From positions 16,742,001 to 16,806,000 of the forward strand of contig NW_024704743.1 in the NCBI RefSeq assembly GCF_018977255.1: a stretch of 64,000 bases of DNA, written 5' to 3'. This document shows, one piece after another, positions 63,245-64,000 of this stretch (position 1 is its first letter; the number at the start of each line of letters is the position of its first letter). The notes under the pieces were generated by a model. The model did not search any database. It worked only from the letters and a program-made list of their open reading frames with translations, and was not told the origin of the DNA. The position numbers were made by a program, and so were the translations under genes. This stretch comes from Callorhinchus milii. Taxonomy: Eukaryota.

Positions 63245-64000
63245 ATGTAGCCAATGCCACAGTATCGGAGGAAAGGATAGAGAAATTGGATAAGATAATA
63301 AACTGAGAGAAGGTATTAAAAAGGTTGTCGGTGCTCAAGTCACTTATATGTCACCCGATCCAGGAAGCATCCTAGGTTATTGAGGGAAGTAAAGGTGGAA
63401 ATAATGGAGGCCTCTGGCCACAATCTTTCAATCCTCCTTGGACACCAGAGTGGTGCCAGAGGACTAGAGAATTGCAAATGTTACTCCCTTGTACAAAAAG
63501 GAGCAGAACGATAAACCCAGGAACTACAGGCCAGTCAGCCTAACGTCAGTAGTGGGGAAACTTGTAGAGACTATAATCAGGGATAAAATTGATTTTCACT
63601 TAGAAAAATATGGATGAACAAAGGACAGCCAACATGGGTTTGTAAAAGGGAAATCGTGTCTAACAAACCTGGTAGAGTTTTTTGATGAAGTAACGGAGAG
63701 GGTGGATGAAGGTAGTGCAGTTGATGTTGTTTATATGGATTTTCAAAAGGCGTTTGATAAAGTGCCACATAAGAGACTTGTAAGGAAAATAGAAGCCCAC
63801 AGTATTAAAGGGACAGTGGCAGCATGGATACCGAACTGGCTGGGAGACAGAAAGCAGAGAGTGGTCCTCCTGATGTGAAAGGAACTCTATAAATGTAATT
63901 TTATTGTTGGTGATGGTGGTGGTGAACGGTTGTTTTTCTGACTGGAGGGAAGTGTGCAGTGGTGTCCCCCAGGGGTCGGTATTGGGACCACTGCTTTTTT
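63245..64000 (+). mobile_element. CR1 LINE ORF2 fragment (same family as 2617-3997), runs off the window
   Basis: ANVTPLYKK, PRNYRPVSLTSVVGK, DVVYMDFQKAFDKVPH. High nucleotide similarity to 2617-3040. Confidence 0.95.

Overview
Eukaryotic, repeat-dense, apparently intronic or intergenic DNA. The repeat inventory points to a cartilaginous fish, possibly a holocephalan (inferred from repeat types, not from a marker gene). It contains CR1 and L2 LINE fragments, a very abundant tRNA-Ala-headed SINE with a Deu-like domain and L2-type tail, older SacSINE1/DeuSINE-like copies, and Tx1, RTE and RTEX-like LINE relics. I found no intact protein-coding gene, RNA gene or CRISPR array. Nearly all listed ORFs are retroelement debris or chance ORFs. 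The most interesting observations are: (1) apparent snapshots of SINE tail replacement, where a young L2-matching tail sits directly in front of an older tail at three loci; (2) a recurrent RTEX-like LINE with a long structured 3' region; (3) a solo LTR with an intact target-site duplication; (4) a Tx1 inverted pair; (5) a pre-miRNA-sized hairpin; and (6) repeat-free islands with clustered TF motifs and exon-like segments. I cannot support a claim of a wholly new biological system. Repeat boundaries were read by eye and are approximate (about +/-20 bp unless stated).
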